Source: Catajapyx aquilonaris (Eukaryota). Taken from it: a stretch of DNA of 49,287 bases. Every line of letters begins with the position of its first letter. The stretch's first letter is position 1. The stretch spans positions 1 through 49,287 of the forward strand of contig KZ538760.1 in the NCBI GenBank assembly GCA_000934665.2, given 5' to 3'. The position numbers were made by a program, and so were the translations under genes. Shown here piece by piece: positions 11,330-23,872 of this stretch. The notes beneath the pieces were generated by a model. The model was not told the origin of the DNA and did not search any database. It worked only from the letters and a program-made list of their open reading frames with translations.

Positions 11330-11726
11330 CACTTTGTGGAAGAAAAGTTTCACATGAGGAATAAATCATGTTACAATCAAGATTTGTTCCATTCCGTCTC
11401 ACAATTTCCACATAATGGAAAATTTTTCCAATGATTCCATGCACACTCTCCTAGGAGGAGTAGTCCCTTTCGAAATGGGACTTATTTTGTCTGAATTTGT
11501 GAGTGCAAAATTTGTGACATTGCATGAACTTAATTTGGCAATAACTTCATTTCTTTCTCACAGTATTGTGGATCGGAAAAATAAGCCTTGTTCTATTGCA
11601 AAACTTCCTCAGGTGCCCTTGAAGGGTCTAACAGCAGTTCAACAGTGGCGCCTGCTGAGATATTTACCTGTTATATTAGGTGGTGTTATTCCAGAAGGAA
11701 ATGTATGTGGCGAACAGTTCATATGA
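11330..11726 (+). pseudogene. CACTA/EnSpm (CMC) transposase core fragment
   Basis: DSMHTLLGGVVPFEMGLIL..TLHELNLAITSF..KNKP..TAVQQWRLLRYLPVILGGVIPEG resembles the DxMHDLLEGV..LN..I..F..NKP..AxQxWxLLRxLP consensus. Confidence 0.8.
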
Positions 11727-12605
11727 GGCCACTTGTTCAGGGAAATTTTGGAAGGGAAGTAACCGGATTCTATTTCAGCAGATATGTGTGATTAACCCAT
11801 GTTAATTACAGGTGAGCCGTCAGAAGTTTGAGATGCAATTTTATTACACTTTACGTTGCGAAATAACACCCTTTGAAAAGGAGTGAACACATTAGTTAAA
11901 CGTAAGCAGATATATATAGAAGTCAGTCAGCTGTGCTGATAAACTGAAGTGAGATAACAAGTTGGATTCAAAATAGAAAACCTGAAGGAGGTGGCTAGAT
12001 AAAAGAATTGCAGGTGTAAATAGCCAAAGAGGCCTTACCACCTGTGGGCAACAAACCAACAACGTCCGGCTCCCAGATCCATACAATCTGGGGCCGGGGC
12101 ATACGAAACGTTCCAAGTCAATATTGTCCCAAGGAAGAACCGGAGCCGAAGCCCCAGGCCCCCGGAACCAGCATTAGCCCAAGCCCCCCTGGGCCAGCGC
12201 CCAGGGGGACCAAACCTCCTACCCACGCACACCAACAGCCCAAGAAACAGCCACGAACAATATTATAACTACTTACACAAAATAAAGAAAGAACAACCCT
12301 CTCAGGCCCCACAACCCCCCCTCAACTGCAAAAGACAGACAACCCCCCCCCAACAACAAATGTNAATGTTCCAACAAATGTCCTCAACCCTCCAATGCTC
12401 TCCCGCCAACTCCAATCGCAGCCGACGACATCAATCATGGATCGAGGACAGAAACTTGTCAGCCACCAAACAAAAACGACTAAGTGACGCCCAGTGAAAC
12501 TGAACCAGGTCTGTCAGTGCACACGGCCAATCCAGCCCCCCCTTCACCATCACCTGCACTAGAAGACGGTCGCCGGCCTCAACGATCTCATCCAATATAC
12601 CGCAT

Positions 12606-13194
12606 ACGGGCCTGATAGTTGACATCCCAAAGCAGGGATTCGGGTCTTCCAATGATGGAAACACCGCCCGCTCATTCTTCAGCAATCCTTCATTTAGCTC
12701 AGATATTACAGGCATTGACCAAGACCTCATTCACAGAATCTCCGTCCTCCTTCGTGCTCTGGGAAGTGGCTTCGCAATTGACATCCAGAAGTACCACATA
12801 TATGCAATGGAAACTGCCAGAAAATGTGTAGAGCTGTACCCATGGTACACTATGCCCCCCACTGTACACAAGTTGCTCCTACATGGTTCCGCCATAATCC
12901 AAGCTGAACCCCTTCCAATCGGCATGATGTCAGAAGATGCCCAGGAATCGAAACACAGAGCTAAAATACGTCAGGGTTTTCAACACCAGGAAGTCTTCCC
13001 GGATAGAGTGCAATCAAGACCTACTTCATATGTGCCTCATCACATCAGACCCAATAATTACCTCCTTCAGAAAACTGCCAACAAAGAAGACAGGCACCCT
13101 TTCTTCGGAAGTGCTCGGGCTTCTCAAAGAACCGGCCATTGGCCTAACACCAATTGAGGACTGTGGAATGTCCAGTGATGAAGAAGATTCGTAA
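12606..13194 (+). pseudogene. Transib (RAG1-core-like) transposase C-terminal part
   Basis: GLIVDIPKQGFGSSNDGNTARSFF..ITGIDQDLI..ELYPWYTMPPTVHKLLLHG..LPIGMMSEDAQES, frameshift, then RKSSRIECNQDL..ITSDPIITSFR. Confidence 0.9.
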
Positions 13195-13559
13195 GATACA
13201 CCAATGAAGTGATGGGCAAATTTTATGATTTTATAAAGCTGTTTATTTTGTTGTGTACTATCTTGTAATTAATAATTTACATGTACCAGGCCCTTACATT
13301 CTCCGGAAACTGGTCACAAAATCTTGGAAAGTCAGGTCAACACTATATGGAAGGCAGTGTAATGCTGTCACTGATTCAATTATTCTTGATGCCGTGGCAA
13401 TGTAGATACCTGGATTCGAGTTACTTCTTTACGAAAAATTGCGAAGCAACGTAGTGAAAATAAATCGCTTGACAGAGAAATTTTAAAAATTAGTCATACA
13501 TTTTGGCCATTAAATTATTTTCCTGGGATATCACAAAAACTGCTACCAGGGTGGTTCCT

Positions 13560-13800
13560 GTTCATCTGCACAAGTCAATCTGGAGAATCTGCAACTGCTG
13601 AATGAGGTCAAGATGATGGATCTGGTGGATGAAAATATTATGATCTGCCTCGCAGCACCACCCTCATCCCTTATCCTAAACAAGGCAAACAATTCTTTGG
13701 CCAAAACAGTATGTGGGAAGAGGGTAGACTTCACCAAAGGACAGAGCTATGAACGACAGGTCGGTGTTGCCGTACTAGCACATAACAAACCCGGACTGAC
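13560..13800 (+). pseudogene. Probable DNA-transposon protein fragment (Mutator-like/Kolobok-type region)
   Basis: SLILNKANNSLAKTVCGKRVDFTKGQSYERQVGVAVLAHN resembles the SL..N..NS..AK..GGKR(I/V)NF...SY..R..AAV..HN motif as recalled. Family assignment is uncertain. Confidence 0.45.
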
Positions 13801-14084
13801 TTGGCATATACGGTACCTCACCTGTTAAGAAACCTCAAGGAATAAATCCACTCTCACCACCACAGTGTACATAAAATGTAAAGGACGTCCAAACCGCAGC
13901 ACCCCCATGAAGCTACGAGTATTTAGTGCAATTTTTTCATTTGATGGTAGTTTTTTCTCTGAGAGTGCTACTTTTGTCACATGCTCTCACCAAATGTACA
14001 AGATGTGATGGCTGCGAAATGCAGAGGATAACGATAGGGTCACTACTTTTTATTGGTGCTGCAAAAACTCATGAAGCAGGTGCA

Positions 14085-14652
14085 GCCATATTACCAAACC
14101 GACAAACATACCTCTCAGGAGATCAACCGTTACAAATAACTAGATTGGTCTGTTCAATAAGAACTGGGTCCCCATACATATATTACAATGGTTACAAAAT
14201 ACAATGGACTAATGAAGACAGCTGTTCATTATGTAACTACAATGAAGAATTCAATTTGCATCATCTTTTATACACATGTCCTTTCTTCATAGCACAACGA
14301 AGTATACTAGAGGATATGCCACGTTTCCCCCCGAATAAAATACATCAGATAACAAACAACTTGCACTCATCAAACCTATATACATTGGCAACCTTTTTTA
14401 GCACAGTAATCCGCAAACTGAGGTTTTGTGATATTACGCTTTAAGCTCTCTTTCTTCTCCCCCCCCCCCCCTTTCCTATTGTTTAGTATATGCGATTTTT
14501 TTTTGTTTAATGAACACTCCATACTACTACAGGGAGCACAATATTATGTATCATATGTAAGTGTAATGTATTTAATGTAAACATTGCGGGGACCTCCCCC
14601 CTTATGTAAAGGCGGAAGCCTACCAGGGGAAAAGAAATAAACTAAACTAAAC
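14085..14652 (+). mobile_element. 5'-truncated LINE 3' end (ORF2 C-terminal Cys/His motif, 3' UTR, tandem tail)
   Basis: SIRTG..CSLCNYNEEFNLHHLLYTCPFF..R, stop at 14444. The UTR has hairpin AGGCGGAAGCCT and ends AATAAACTAAACTAAACT. Related to 45140-45796. Confidence 0.8.
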
Positions 14653-15789
14653 TTTTAAAAAACTATTACCAAACCAACCAAGTGAAAGTCATGTCTCATC
14701 CCAGGCGACTTTTTAGATGACCGTCCCTCTGTTTCAGATGTTCCCAATTGTGTAGAATTAGAAGTATTAAGATTCTGGCGGAGGAACAGACATGGAAATG
14801 CTGCATGCCTCGAGGCCTAGAGTAAAAATAGTGTTTTTGCGACATAACACTATTTTACCGTTGCGTCGTATGCCCCTGTTGATATCGCAACAGGGTCATT
14901 CTCATTTTTTTTTTTTTTTTGCGCATTTGGTGTGTCAATGTAGGGGAAAAAACATTAATAACTGTGACCAATCCTGCAAGTCATTTTACATTTACGTGAA
15001 AGAGACATTCACATATGTTCATTTGATATCTAAAAAATGGATTAGAATACATTCAGTCATATGTAACTAAATAAAAAATGATGCAAAGTGTATGGAAATG
15101 AGGTGAACACGATAGCAAGATTAGCCCTTTGTGAATGCTGGGTCAGTACTCGAATTTTGGAACCCAATATTTTTTTTTTAACGCTTGTTATCATTGGATA
15201 CCCCAAAGTTTATACATATCATTGTCATTTAACATAACTAAATGTTACAAATCATTTAATGATGTGAAGCGTGACACTGTCACACTCTGTTAGCATCTGA
15301 CTGACACCCTTGCTGGAACTTGTGAAATCGCTCAAAAGAGAGCAGCAAAATGCCCAAGTGTAGCATAGAATCAGTCGCGAGGGAATCCTTTGTCAGTTGG
15401 GAGTTGAGTGCTGGACAAGGAAGAGGTGGGCCATGTTTTCTCTCAAGGTTGCTGCGTATTTTTCCTGCCTGTCACGTATGTTACCTTAAATCCTATTCCA
15501 CTGCATGTAATTGTCAAAGCTAAATTGAGCTTGTTGCATACTCAGGTCCCACCTCTTCAGGTACTAATAACTTTTTCATGAAAACTAATAGTCTGCGAGG
15601 AAAATATGCATCACCTTTTCAACTTGGTGGCAAATGCCAATCTGGTGCAAAATCAGTCTAACACTGGTGATAGTGCAGCAAAAATTATGTAAGCAGATGA
15701 AACGGGCCCAGGAGGTCATGTGAAGAAATTGAGGTGAATTATGGTGCCTAATAATTGAGTCTTTTCCAGGACCATGTCCCGTCAGGAAC

Positions 15790-15929
15790 AGTGGCTGCCT
15801 GCTCGTCATCGATGGGAAAGTCGTATCGGACATCGTGACCTACTTTGATGGTGTCTTAATGTGTGCCTATTTCAGCTTTGGTTATGAGTATCCGGCAGAG
15901 GCCACAACAACGTTGGAGTTTGTGCAGAG
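15790..15929 (+). pseudogene. Second SAMD3-like (CACTA accessory gene) exon fragment
   Basis: LLVIDGKVVSDIVTYFDGVLMCAYFSFGYEYPAEATTTLEFVQR followed by splice donor GTAAGT. Confidence 0.65.
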
Positions 15930-15973
15930 GTAAGTGGTGATATTTATTTCACGTAATGGTATAATACTTGGAC

Positions 15974-16260
15974 TTACTGCAATGCATGGGAGGACTCGGT
16001 ATGTGGGTTCGCAATGGTTTGCAGAGCCGACTTTGAGTCTGAAACAATCCAGACAGAAATGCCAGAAAATCTGACGGACGCCAATTCCAAACCCTTCTTA
16101 CTCATGAACAGCTCAATGTCAAAAATGTTGGCCGACGGACCAAAAGGGACGCTATCCACGTGCAGCACCCGAGAGCGACGATCGAGGACTACGATGGCAC
16201 CACCAGCCCCACCATCAACAACGGACCCATCCGTAAAGATGAAAATCTATCCCTCACTAG
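15974..16260 (-). pseudogene. Non-LTR retrotransposon RNase H fragment
   Basis: IFTDGSVVDGGAGGAIV..GPSANIFDIELF..KGLELA..WIVSDSKSALQTIANP. Confidence 0.8.
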
Positions 16261-16619
16261 GGAAATCCTCCCATTCCCACTCGTGCAGCTGCGGGCGCCA
16301 CCAACGCCAAGGAGGTAACAAATCCCCCACAGTAACCCTGGATCTGACCAAACCTTGCTCATGTAAGATATGAAAATTCCGTCACTGTCAAAACTGCAAT
16401 TGAATCCATTACAAATCATTAATTTCAGTAGATGTGGTCCTCCTTAGGACACATTCAGTCATCAGTACTGATGGTGCCCCATATCATGATATTTTAAATA
16501 CCTAGCCTGTCTTGCTCCCAGGCGCGTTGTACCTGGAAGTTATTCACCTTAGATGAACTTGCTCTGAGGGTCACGTCACTATGTGGTGTTTATTGCATTG
16601 AAAATGCTTCGCGTGTCAC

Positions 16620-17015
16620 TGTCAAAACTTGTCCAAGAACAAGTCTCAGGTGACCCCTGAGGTTGTCAACAGATACTTTGACAATCTGAAAATCACCCTG
16701 GAAGGAATTCCCTTATCCAACGTGTACAATATTATGATGAGATTAATTTGAGTGATGACCCAGGTCGGAAAAAGTGTCTCTTCAAGAGCGGGACAAAATA
16801 CCCCAAACGGAATCTCAATTCCACGAAAGGTGCTGTCTCCATCATGGTTGCTGGTAGTGCGACAGGTGAAATGCTATCGCCGTACGTTTGCTACAAATCT
16901 CAGGGGTTGTTCGGCACTTGGCGATCAGGCGGGCCGAAACGTTCCAGATATAACAACAGCGCATCAGGTTGGTTTGTCGTTTTCGAGGACTGGTTCAAGA
17001 CGGTAACTTTGCCCA
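16620..17015 (+). pseudogene. pogo/Fot1-like DDE_1 transposase fragment
   Basis: VTPEVVNRYFDNLKITLEGIP..N/YDEINLSDDPGRKK..KGAVSIMVAGSATGEMLSPYVCYK..WRSGGP..YNNSASGWF..FEDWF. Confidence 0.85.
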
Positions 17016-17029
17016 TAAGTTGGAGGCCC

Positions 17030-17345
17030 TGACACGACACCACTATACAGCTAAGTCTCAGTACCTGGAGTCTCTCAAATGTAGTATTCCGCCATTTGAA
17101 GCCCTGGGTGACTTTTCCTTTCCTTCGTCATCCAGGATGAAGTGCAAGATACCGCTGGGAGCACTCGCAGGCTACTGCCCATCCCTTTGTAGTGTACTAC
17201 AGTGAAGATGACAGTGTCTATGTGACCCACCAAAGTTACTGTGTCATTAGTGACAGTTCAGAGCATTCCACTGTGTCGGTGTATTCATTTCAGGAGAAGC
17301 CGCTGACTAATTTGAAGGACAAAATTGGTTCCTTGAAAATCTTTA
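17030..17345 (+). pseudogene. Sola2-like transposase fragment
   Basis: Frameshifted GDF..VIQDEVQ..HPFVVYY..HQSYCVISDSSEHSTVSVYSFQEK..LK. Confidence 0.65.
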
Positions 17346-17399
17346 ACTCTCCTCATTCAAGGTCTGGCTCAGCGGATTGTGGTGCCTGGGGTCAGGGAA

Positions 17400-18430
17400 A
17401 ATTTTCTTAACGTCAATGTCAAAAATCATCTTCATTCAAAGCCCTACCTTGGCTTTGGGCTTGAAGAGAAAATGCGACCAGTACGCTCCAGCAAGCTCCT
17501 CAATGTCGACGAGGAAATGGCAATCCGGTCGAGAGGCATCGAATTTGTTGTAGCTTTAGTTGGTCAGCTGCAGCAACGGCTCCCCGACAAGATCGAGGTC
17601 CTGGAGAGAGCATCTTTACTCTCTCCAGAAAATTGTCTGCACAGTGTGAAGCCATCAGTAATACCGCTTGCCCAGCTAATGAAAGAGTCCCAAAATAGAC
17701 TTTCAGTGGTCAAGAATCTCTTTTGTGGAATGGATGAAGACCAACAAGACTGTCCCTTTCTGTGTCCAGGCTCGAGGTCCTGCAATATAAGGACACTGCT
17801 GGAGAACCCATCCTGGGTCTGGCGAATTTTTCCGTAAAGTGTCTCGACCTTCCTTGGTCAAATGAAGAGATTGAAAGAGATTTCAGTCATATGAAAATAG
17901 TGAAATCACCTCACAGAAACAGGCTGCACCATGCGAGACTTTGGTAGCCATTCTAACTATTCGGGCTGGTCTTTGCAGATTGAATGTGTGCTGCTCCACC
18001 TACCAGTTCCCAGCTTTGGTGCTCAACCAAATAGGCACCCTTACAGCATATAGAGCCCCTACACCCACAGACACACATGCAGCGCCAGCCGAGTCCGAAG
18101 CACGTGCTCTTAATGACATTGTTAATAGCTTGGAGCAATTTGAGGAGCAAAATGCAGCTGATCTTCCATTGAACCTCTTTTGATTGAGATATTTTTTACT
18201 TAAGTAAATTGTACATATCTCGATTAATTCACTTATATAAAGGTATAATGTGCCCTTTACAATACGTATGACATTTCATAAATTTTTTGAGATTTATTGT
18301 AAAAATTACGTCCAAACCGCATCCGTATATACTGTACCAACGTATCAGTCCAGTTTCGCAGGTCTATTAGGATTCTGGTAGGAGTCACAGCGCCACCTGA
18401 TAGGAAGGCTGGGTGTAGTTGGCAACATTG
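17400..18430 (+). mobile_element. hAT transposon 3' part (C-terminal/dimerisation pseudogene to 18183, plus right TIR)
   Basis: KPYLGFGLE..QLQQRLPD..LLSPENCL; LPWSNEEIERDFSHMKIVKSPHRNRL; AILTIRAGL..CC. Terminal AGTTGGCAACATTG (18417-18430) is the reverse complement of a CAATGTTGCCAACT TIR. Confidence 0.8.
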
Positions 18431-18670
18431 AGGGTCAGTCTTTGTAGAGCAAGCATGAGCGTTAAGTGTAGTGATTGAGCCTCCTGTTACTAATTCCTTG
18501 TCCCGGCTATCGAGTACAGACTACTTCAGAATAATTGTTTAGTCAAAATTGGAAAAAAAATTATTATCATGGTTGAAACATGTGCAAACCTTTTGCCTGT
18601 GACAATGGCATAATACTTTAACAAATAAGTAGGATTATGGATTCACCACCATGTACCCTGCACTTTTCAG

Positions 18671-18855
18671 GTAAGGAATGCCAGAAGAGATGGAAGGCCA
18701 TCCGGGAAAGATATATGAGGCTGCTGCGGAAGAAGGAGAAGAGGGGAAGTGGCAGCAGCAGCTTTGGCTGCGAAACCACAAGCTGGAGCCTCTTCCCGGA
18801 GTTGGGCTTCCTTGATCCAGTCCCGAGCCGTAGGAGGTTGGGAGCTGACATATAA
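18671..18855 (+). pseudogene. MADF/Myb-SANT-like exon (probably a PIF/Harbinger accessory gene)
   Basis: After acceptor TTTTCAG: KECQKRWKAIRERYMRLLRK..GSG..WSLFPELGFLDP. Confidence 0.7.
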
Positions 18856-21029
18856 TCCTGCTTGGAGACTGCATGTCTCATAAGGGCAAGTGAAAGACGC
18901 ATCACACAAGCATTAGACCAGGTGCTATAATGTTCTCATTGAATTATATAATTATTGCAGCAGGCGATAAGAAACAAGCGTCCGGCAATGACAAGAAGAA
19001 GGACGAGGAGGCACCTCGTCCCCGCCAGCAACGTAAGTCAACCCAGCAGAGCTGATGCTCGTCCTCTAATCATTTGGGCTAACAACCTGCAACACATACT
19101 AACTTAATCTGTACTTTCTTGTACTTGTGCAGGGCTGAAGGGTCCATTTTGGTCCCTCTGCCGTTGCTGGCGGTGCCAGCTACTTACTGACGATACACTT
19201 CACGGTGAGTATACATACTACACATGAGTGTGAATGATGCCTGCAGGTATGCATGGGCATACAGTACTTACATAGTGTAACGGTTTGCATTGCAAGGATT
19301 GGGGCTGACCTACCAGCAGCAGAAGGGATAGAGCCCCAAAACTGTACATCGCCTAAATAAATAAGGAGTGCACCTGGAAAAAGTTGTTGTGTTTCAATGG
19401 TTAGCAATGTCATTTTCTGCTCCATAAATAGAAGGGAGACCTGGTAAATAAGCAGTGACATATTATATAACCTCAACTACATAATACACTGTATGTGCCT
19501 ATGGGTATGGAAACATTATCATGCGATGGAAGGTGAAGGGACAAGTGGTGGGGAGGAGGGAGTGAGTGCTGAAAAATTCAGTCTCATGTGCTGTGGTTTC
19601 ACATGACCTGCTCTAGTAACTTCAGGCAGTTGTTCCTTCTCCTCACCAGAAGCCGAACATCCTCAGCACCTTCCTCAGTGGTGAACTGCTTCCCTGGAAA
19701 CCCCACATCTGCCTGCTGCACTGCACTTAGGATCTGGTCCATTTTTGGGCGCATGTTCTTTGTGTATACATGTCTGGAGGTCTGGAGACTATCTAAGATT
19801 CTAAGTGATGTTATCGTAGATTGACAGATATCAGTCATGTGTTGTGCAAAAGAGGGGATTCTTTGCACCTTCATTGCCCAAACTGCATTTTAACTGTCAG
19901 TGTCATTTACAGGTACGGTACCAGTTTGCCACAAAAATATAAGGACACTAAGAAGCAGGAGGTACAAACATAATGATGAAAATAATCGTCACACAATGCC
20001 ATCCGATGTGGCGAAATGACAAGCATCAGCAAAATTTTCCATACCTCGGAGGACACTGACCTATAAACTATCAACAAGCACATGCTGGTAAGTCAGAATT
20101 GGGCGAGTCCTTGTTTTTGTTTTCAAACTACATGTGTCCCTCCCTTTCTAGAAACCTGGGCAACCACCTGTATTTTCCCCTGCCATTGCCAATCTGGTGT
20201 GAACCAGTGTGGAGTCACGGAGGTGAACATATTGGTGGAGTAAATACCAGTCAACAAGACTACATCAAGATAAAAATATGGCGGCCATACACACCAACCA
20301 ACAACAACAATGATGAGCTAGGTTGTAATACTGTGTGTACAGTACTTCTGGCAATAGCAGAAACTGTACACATTAGCATGTTGGTGAGGTTGTGTACATT
20401 TCTGTTGGCAGAAATATCCACTTTAGCAGGTTGGCTACCCCTGGTAGCGGCAAGGACACTTGGAGTTCTGTCTTGACACGTCAGGATCAAGTGACAGTGG
20501 GAACGCATTCTGATTGGAGATTGCGTAGGAATGCGCAGTTTTTGTCTTTTGTTTCCCGACCCTCCCCGGAACGAGGAGGGGGAGGGGGAGGACTGGAGAG
20601 AGTCTGGATTTTTATGACAAAGGGCTGGTGATCAGGCTCAAGGTCAGACGCGTTTTGTTGCAGATCATGGCATCTTTGCGTGGGCAAGGGCGAGGTGCTT
20701 GGAGGGGCCGTAGTTCGACTGGGAGTTCGAACTGGGCAGAAGAACAATTTGTTGGGAAGGGTCGTCAGGGTCAGGAGAAGCAGGGGCACGAGTCAAGAGA
20801 GGCGGTGACGTATCGGATCCGTGACTTCCCATATACTCGGACGGCTGTGGCCCGCGACATTGTTGGGGGAAGACAGCGGTGTCCGCAGCCTAAGCCTAAT
20901 ACTGCACAACGTGGCACGATGTACATGGCTACATGCGTCCTACCATGGAGGAGCTGCGGGAGGCGGGTCCGCCGATTGTGCTGGGGGCTGTTGAGGGACA
21001 GGTTCCTCTAGTGCACTGCATGGCGGCTG

Positions 21030-21404
21030 GTGCGTATATGCCCGTACGAGGTGAAATACCTGCCTTATGAGTTCTTCAATGATTATAGTGATGTAAAACT
21101 GTACACTTCTGTCCGTCCTGGCATTAAGACAGGTGACCCTTGTGTGACAGACATTAGAAGCTTGAAGTATGCCAGTGGCACTGTGCAATACAAGCTCTCC
21201 CTTGGTGACCCAGAGTGGCATGATTTTCCAAGGCATAGCAGGATATCTAATCAAGGGCCACTGGAGGACATGAAGGTGAGGCCACTGTATGAAGCTCCTA
21301 TTCCGATTACTCTCCAGAAATATCAACATTTGCAGAAATTAAAGGAGGTGTTACCAGCAGATTATCACAGTTTTTATGACAACTTGTGTAAACTGGATCG
21401 TTGA
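21030..21404 (+). pseudogene. Sola1-like transposase C-terminal fragment
   Basis: PYEVKYL..FFNDY..SVRPG..GDPCVTDIRSLKY..W..PLYEAPIPITLQKYQHLQKLKEVLPADYHSFYDNL. Confidence 0.7.
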
Positions 21405-21610
21405 AAGGAATAAAATGGTCGCCATGATATTGGGGGTGTTTTTGACCCCTCTCCAGGAAGATGGAGAGAAGAGGTGGAAGAGGGCGGGGCTTCCGGAATA
21501 TCCCCCACATCCCCCCTCTCCACTATTAAACCCAAAAACGGGCGGAATGGTGGAGAGGGGAGTAAACACTCAAAACAGTTGAAGAGAGCGAGGCGACGAC
21601 CCTGGCCAAG

Positions 21611-22209
21611 ATGGAAGGCGGCGGCAGCGGCGGCCCACAGACGCTGCTGATATCTGCGATAGTAGCAATGTTTCTCCACATAAAGAGGAGGAGCGTCCAG
21701 CGGCGGGAACAATTCATCGCCCTGGCAATGAGGTCGTCAATGAACACGATCGCCTTGTTACCAGCCATGTAAGTGCACTAATGACCATGTGCATGTGGCA
21801 GCACAGAAATAATGTTCACCATCGCCTTCCTTGATATTGGCTGCTTCCTTGATGTCATGCATTGACTGAAATAATCACAACTGAAATAATCACAACTGAA
21901 ATAATCATGCTTCGCAGGTTCCTTCAGGAAACTCATCCCTACAACCTGGGGTATTCTGAAGAAACTGTGGCACGCTATTCAATGGACGACTTCAGAAGCC
22001 ACTTTCGGATGAGCAGGAGTTCGTTTGAAGCCCTGTACACAAGCCTGGCAAGAGCTGGAGGGCGTTGTGTTGAGCACGATGACGAAGGACAAGCAATAGA
22101 CATGTTCAAGGCATTGCTAATCTTTATATGGGTCTCAGCAAACCCAGACTACTACCGCTCAATAGGGCAACAGTTTGGAGTGACGAAGTCGACAGTATTT
22201 GTGTGTCTT
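21611..22209 (+). pseudogene. PIF/Harbinger (HARBI1-like) transposase N-terminal part with one intron
   Basis: ATG at 21611, donor GTAAGT near 21769, acceptor near 21918. Reads YSMDDFRSHFRMSRSSFEAL..KALLIFIWVSANPDYYRSIGQQFGVTKSTV. Confidence 0.8.
21865..21907. repeat. 15-bp tandem repeat, ~3 copies (ACTGAAATAATCACA)
   Basis: Directly visible. It lies in the putative intron. Confidence 0.9.
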
Positions 22210-22210
22210 A

Positions 22211-22400
22211 GGGCCGGTTGCACCAGTCACGGTATATGGAAAACGGCGGGTTTTGACCCCGGTATACCGAGAGAAGTGTTGCGCCACCTACGGTTGTTCT
22301 AAAACGGCCCGTTCTCCCTCCCATTTACCGCCGGATCCATCTACCCGCCGATCCTGCAGCACAAGTTGCTTATACCGCGGGTTTATGGTGTTGTCGTGGT
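22211..22400. mobile_element. Left end of a Harbinger-like element (TIR GGGCCGGTTGCACCA) truncating the transposase
   Basis: Starts right after TTA, where transposase similarity stops. The other end was not found and the end coordinate is approximate. Confidence 0.5.
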
Positions 22401-22724
22401 TGCGGACTGGTGCTTGGGATTTTGTGGACTGTGCGACACCATTGGCACCCCTGCCACATGGTTGCCGTAGATACTAGGCGAATAGCCATACTTCCATGAC
22501 GTCACGGATTGCGTCACGGGTGCTGCGATCCAATCATTCTGGCATAACTGTACATTTGTATTCTTTTTACTTTGATGGAAGGCAGTCCCACTTAGATTCC
22601 CATTGGCCTATGCACCTAATTTCTCCTACGTAAGCTCTTTCTGTGGGACGGTTTTTACCATCTCAGCTGTAAAATTTTGATTTTCGGAGATATGAGGTTT
22701 TGCATGATCACCGATGATATTGGG

Positions 22725-22820
22725 AGTAGCACAACCTTCCCATGTGGAGTTGCAGGATGCCCACGTACCATTTCGAACTTCTCAACATTTCGCTGCCACA
22801 TGTTTTGCAACCATGCTAAG
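22725..22820 (+). pseudogene. C2H2 zinc-finger fragment like the N-terminus of CACTA/EnSpm transposases
   Basis: FPCGVAGCPRTISNFSTFRCHMFCNH. Confidence 0.5.
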
Positions 22821-23060
22821 TCACGTGAGGTCCCAAGTGAGGCATGCAGGCGCGGGTGGCCGGATGTTTACGCCATGTACTATTTGGTAGTCATGACATT
22901 GACATTGTCAGGACATCAGTCAGTACCCAGACGGTATTTTGTGATCACGAAATACCATCTCTGAGATGGTACACGAGTAGGTACATGAATTACAGTGTAG
23001 AAAAATGCCACTAGACAGAACACTATCGAAGACAAACTCATCTTCATCCGAAAAGTCTAA

Positions 23061-23416
23061 GGGGTCGTCCATAAACCACGTGACCGATTTTCGGGCACTT
23101 TTTGACACCCCCCCCCCCCCNNNNNNNNNNNNNNNNNNNNNNNNNNNNNNNNNNNNNNNNNNNNNNNNNNNNNNNNNNNNNNNNNNNNNNNNNNNNNNNN
23201 NNNNNNNNNNNNNNNNNNNNNNNNNNNNNNNNNNNNNNNNNNNNNNNNNNNNNNNNNNNNNNNNNNNNNNNNNNNNNNNNNNNNNNNNNNNNNNNNNNNN
23301 NNNNNNNNNNNNNNNNNNNNNNNNNNNNNNNNNNNNNNNNNNNNNNNNNNNNNNNNNNNNNNNNNNNNNNNCCCCCCCCTCCCCCCAAAACGGTCACGTG
23401 GTTTATGGACGACCCC
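23061..23416. mobile_element. PIF/Harbinger (Tourist-like) MITE spanning an assembly gap
   Basis: Perfect TIR of at least 25 bp (GGGGTCGTCCATAAACCACGTGACC) at both ends. TAA TSD at 23058-23060 and 23417-23419. Interior is N at 23121-23371. Confidence 0.9.
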
Positions 23417-23544
23417 TAATGTGAGCTCACACTTCTAGACTACCCCCATCACTCTTTCCTCCCTCCCAGCAATACAAATTCAGTTTAATCTTCCCCGACC
23501 ACCCAGCAGTCAGCAACACAACAGCAAGAGACAACACGACCAAC

Positions 23545-23872
23545 CAACCCAGGAGAATTTCACACATGTGACTTGTTTTTGGAACATTCTGTATCCTCCA
23601 AAAGGCAGGAACAAGGACGTCTGGTCATCTCAAATGACGACGGCAACCAGGCCCATGGGTCTTCTTCCCAACTGCCACCCTCACGTCGTCCCCACCAGTA
23701 CCCCGCAAGGGATCTCTTGATGGCTAGGGGATTGAAGCCCTTCCCTTCCCTAATTCGCACAGGCCTCCTCCTCATGCCGTCCATCAGGTCCTTCCATACA
23801 AGTGCAGGAACTTTGGTTTTGTTGGTTTTGTCCATAAGTCACATGTGATTCTCTGGGCTAGGTTGGCTATGT
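23545..23872 (+). repeat. ~320-bp dispersed repeat with imperfect terminal inverted repeats (copy A)
   Basis: A reverse-complement copy lies at 35195-35497. Ends read CCAACCCAGGAGAAT..CACATGTGACTT and AAGTCACATGTGATTCTCTGGG. Strand is arbitrary. Confidence 0.8.

Noticed and set aside
13861..13900. RSS-like heptamer CACAGTG downstream of the Transib gene
   Set aside because: It has the wrong orientation for that element's 3' TIR, no nonamer at 12 or 23 bp spacing, and unrelated sequence lies between.
23005..23424. ORFs containing X runs
   Set aside because: Artefacts of translating through the N gap.
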